A stretch of 64,000 nt of DNA. Source: Pecten maximus. Lineage: Eukaryota. Of the stretch, positions 61,779 through 64,000 are shown piece after piece (position 1 is the stretch's first letter; each line of letters opens with the position of its first letter). The DNA is taken from contig NC_047016.1 in the NCBI RefSeq assembly GCF_902652985.1, positions 7,192,001 through 7,256,000 on the forward strand. Direction: 5' to 3'. Position numbers and translations under genes: made by a program. The notes under the pieces are model-generated. The model was given only the letters and a program-made list of their open reading frames with translations. It searched no databases and was not told the DNA's origin.

Positions 61779-63422
61779 GTTCATCAGATATTCCATCCGC
61801 TAATCATAAAACCATCTTTTAACTATTTGTGTGATTTTTTAAAAACATTTTGCATGATAAACAACAACAGGTTATATTTCTCAAGTAGAATTATATCATT
61901 ACTCGCTCACAATTTTCTTCATTTTTCTCATTTGAACAGTTTAACTGATCAAACTATTAGTTATGCTAGATCCAACCCACCGTACTTTCACACTCGCATA
62001 CAACATGAAGACATAAAGAATCGGACAAAACACAAAGAACAGCAGAACAAAAACAAAACAAAACACATATAAAGAGAGCTACAGAGAAAGGGTGATGGCT
62101 AGAGGTGAACAGTGCCACAATGTTTTTAATAATGAATGGAAAAAATGGTTTAAACTTGATGAACTTGCCTGATCGAAAATGTTGTAAGATAAAAACAAAC
62201 AACAACAACAACAAACAAACAACAACAAAAAACAAAAAAAACATCTACCTTTTTGACCTCCTCTCACCTTCATATCCCTCTCTCTTCCGTATCTTTTCCA
62301 TCACCCTCAATTGTTTGTTTATGTTGTAGCGATATAATCAATCGTTTACTTATTAATTGCGTGTATTAAAAAAACCTATTGGCGTTTTCAATGGAAAATA
62401 GGACAATACAGTTCCCATCGTGTGGTCATGCTCTGATATGCCTATTTGTCGGGCTACAAACGGTTTGATTACCTATAAAAGATCATTTGAGTCAGACGTC
62501 CTTAAATCATGTACTTGTAAGACGTTGCAGACAACGGAAAGAGCAGAAAGTTAGTATACATTGTTAATTCATTCTTAATATTATTATAAAATATGAATAA
62601 TACATGTACATTTATATTAAACATTTTGTTTTAAAGCAAATTGCAAATTGTTATGCAGATCAGTTTTGGTTGAAATGATCAGGCATATGAGAGGAGGATG
62701 TTTCGCAATACGTTCTTATATATAGATATTCAAGACACATCATATACACACGGACCATGACGTACAATTGATGACGGGTCAGATGACCTAAAAAGACATC
62801 GGCATCCACTGAGAACCATGACATCACCTTTTTCTCTTCATCTCATTTATGTTTTGCTGGAATTGATGTCAATTATTTGGTGGATATTCATAAGTGTTTG
62901 TTGTTATTACTGTATAAAAGTATTGTAGGATTTCGAACAAACACATGGATTTATATGCCAATGTTTGCTTGTAGTGGCGCCGCGAAAATTGTCAAAAGTA
63001 GGGACATCTATTCAGTCATCACAAGCAAAGTCTTTAGTTAAATTTTAAAGAAAGAAAATTACAATGTATATGTATGTATATACGTTTCGTCAAGGTACCC
63101 GGATAGTTAGTATGTACAGGGTATATAGATTTCATGAAACGTATATAGGTTACGTCAAGACACGTGGTAATCAATAGGGTAGAGTGGTTTCGTGTATGCA
63201 CACAGATGATTGATATGTGTAGGATAGATATTTGCATCCAGAGTTAAAAAAATTGTTCAGCTGTACAGGCTTAACTTGAAATACCCCTTTCCTAACATGT
63301 CAAATCGAACCACTACTATTCTTGAATAGCGCATCTGAGACAAACATTACAAGTAATACCCAGAACATACACGTAGAGGCAGACATATATATGTAGTTGA
63401 TTGATGTTACATAAGGAAAAGT

Positions 63423-63665
63423 TACAGAAGGATTCCCATACAGAGCCACTCTCTCACTACAGAAGGATTCCCATACAGAGCCACTCTCTCCCTACAGAAG
63501 GATTCCCATACAGAGCCACTCTCTCACTACAGAAGGATTCCCATACAGAGCCACTCTCTCACTACAGGATTCCCATACAGAGCCACTCTCTCACTACAGA
63601 AGGATTCCAATACAGAGCCACTCTCTCACTACAGAAGGATTCCCATACAGAGCCACTCTCTCACT
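63423..63665. repeat. Minisatellite, 35-bp unit, ~7 copies
   Basis: tacagaaggattcccatacagagccactctctcac. Confidence 0.95.
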
Positions 63666-63693
63666 CGCTCTGAGTCGTTATAGATGGAGGTAT

Positions 63694-64000
63694 TCCACTC
63701 ACAGCTTAACATAAGAAATAAAGCCAGTCCACTCACAGCTTAACATAAGAAATAAAGCCAGTCCACTCACAGCTTAAAATAAGAAATAAAAGCAGTCCAT
63801 TCACAGCTAAACATAAGAAATAAAGGCAGTCCACTCACAGCTAAACATAAGAAATAAAGACAGTCCACTTACAGCTAAACATAAGAAATAAAGACAGTCC
63901 ACTTACAGCTAAACATAAGAAATAAAGGCATTCCACTCACAGCTAAACATAAGAAATAAAGGCAGTCTACTCACAGCTAAACATAAGAAATAAAGACAGT
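63694..64000. repeat. Minisatellite, 34-bp unit, at least 9 copies, runs off the window
   Basis: tccactcacagct(t/a)aacataagaaataaag(c/g/a)cag. Confidence 0.95.

Overview
AT-rich, repeat-dense eukaryotic genomic DNA with spliceosomal introns. The repeat families suggest a bivalve mollusc (inference). There are no prokaryotic features. Six multi-exon genes can be reconstructed by hand from GT-AG sites with consistent phases: (1) an SLC16/MCT-like transporter (+, 52-4288) with a probable 1-nt frameshift; (2-4) three tandem, apparently intact PLAAT/HRASLS-like (LRAT-domain, NCEHF) paralogs on the minus strand (6289-14575, 20088-22271, 28732-30507); (5) a 3-exon, 381-aa uncharacterised gene (+, 36142-42611) whose C-terminal half looks like a degenerate PD-(D/E)XK restriction-endonuclease-like fold; (6) a 12-exon SLC49A4/DIRC2-like lysosomal MFS transporter (+, 50397-60934). 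The remainder is mobile DNA: Helentron-derived HINE-like elements carrying internal satellite arrays, a decayed Tc1 with nested insertions and a complex duplication inside one PLAAT intron, mariner MITEs with inverted TTAGGG tracts, a composite SINE, a CR1 fragment and several minisatellites. The best novelty candidate is the nuclease-like gene. The PLAAT cluster evolution and HINE/satellite dynamics come next. All family assignments are from motif recognition, with no database search.
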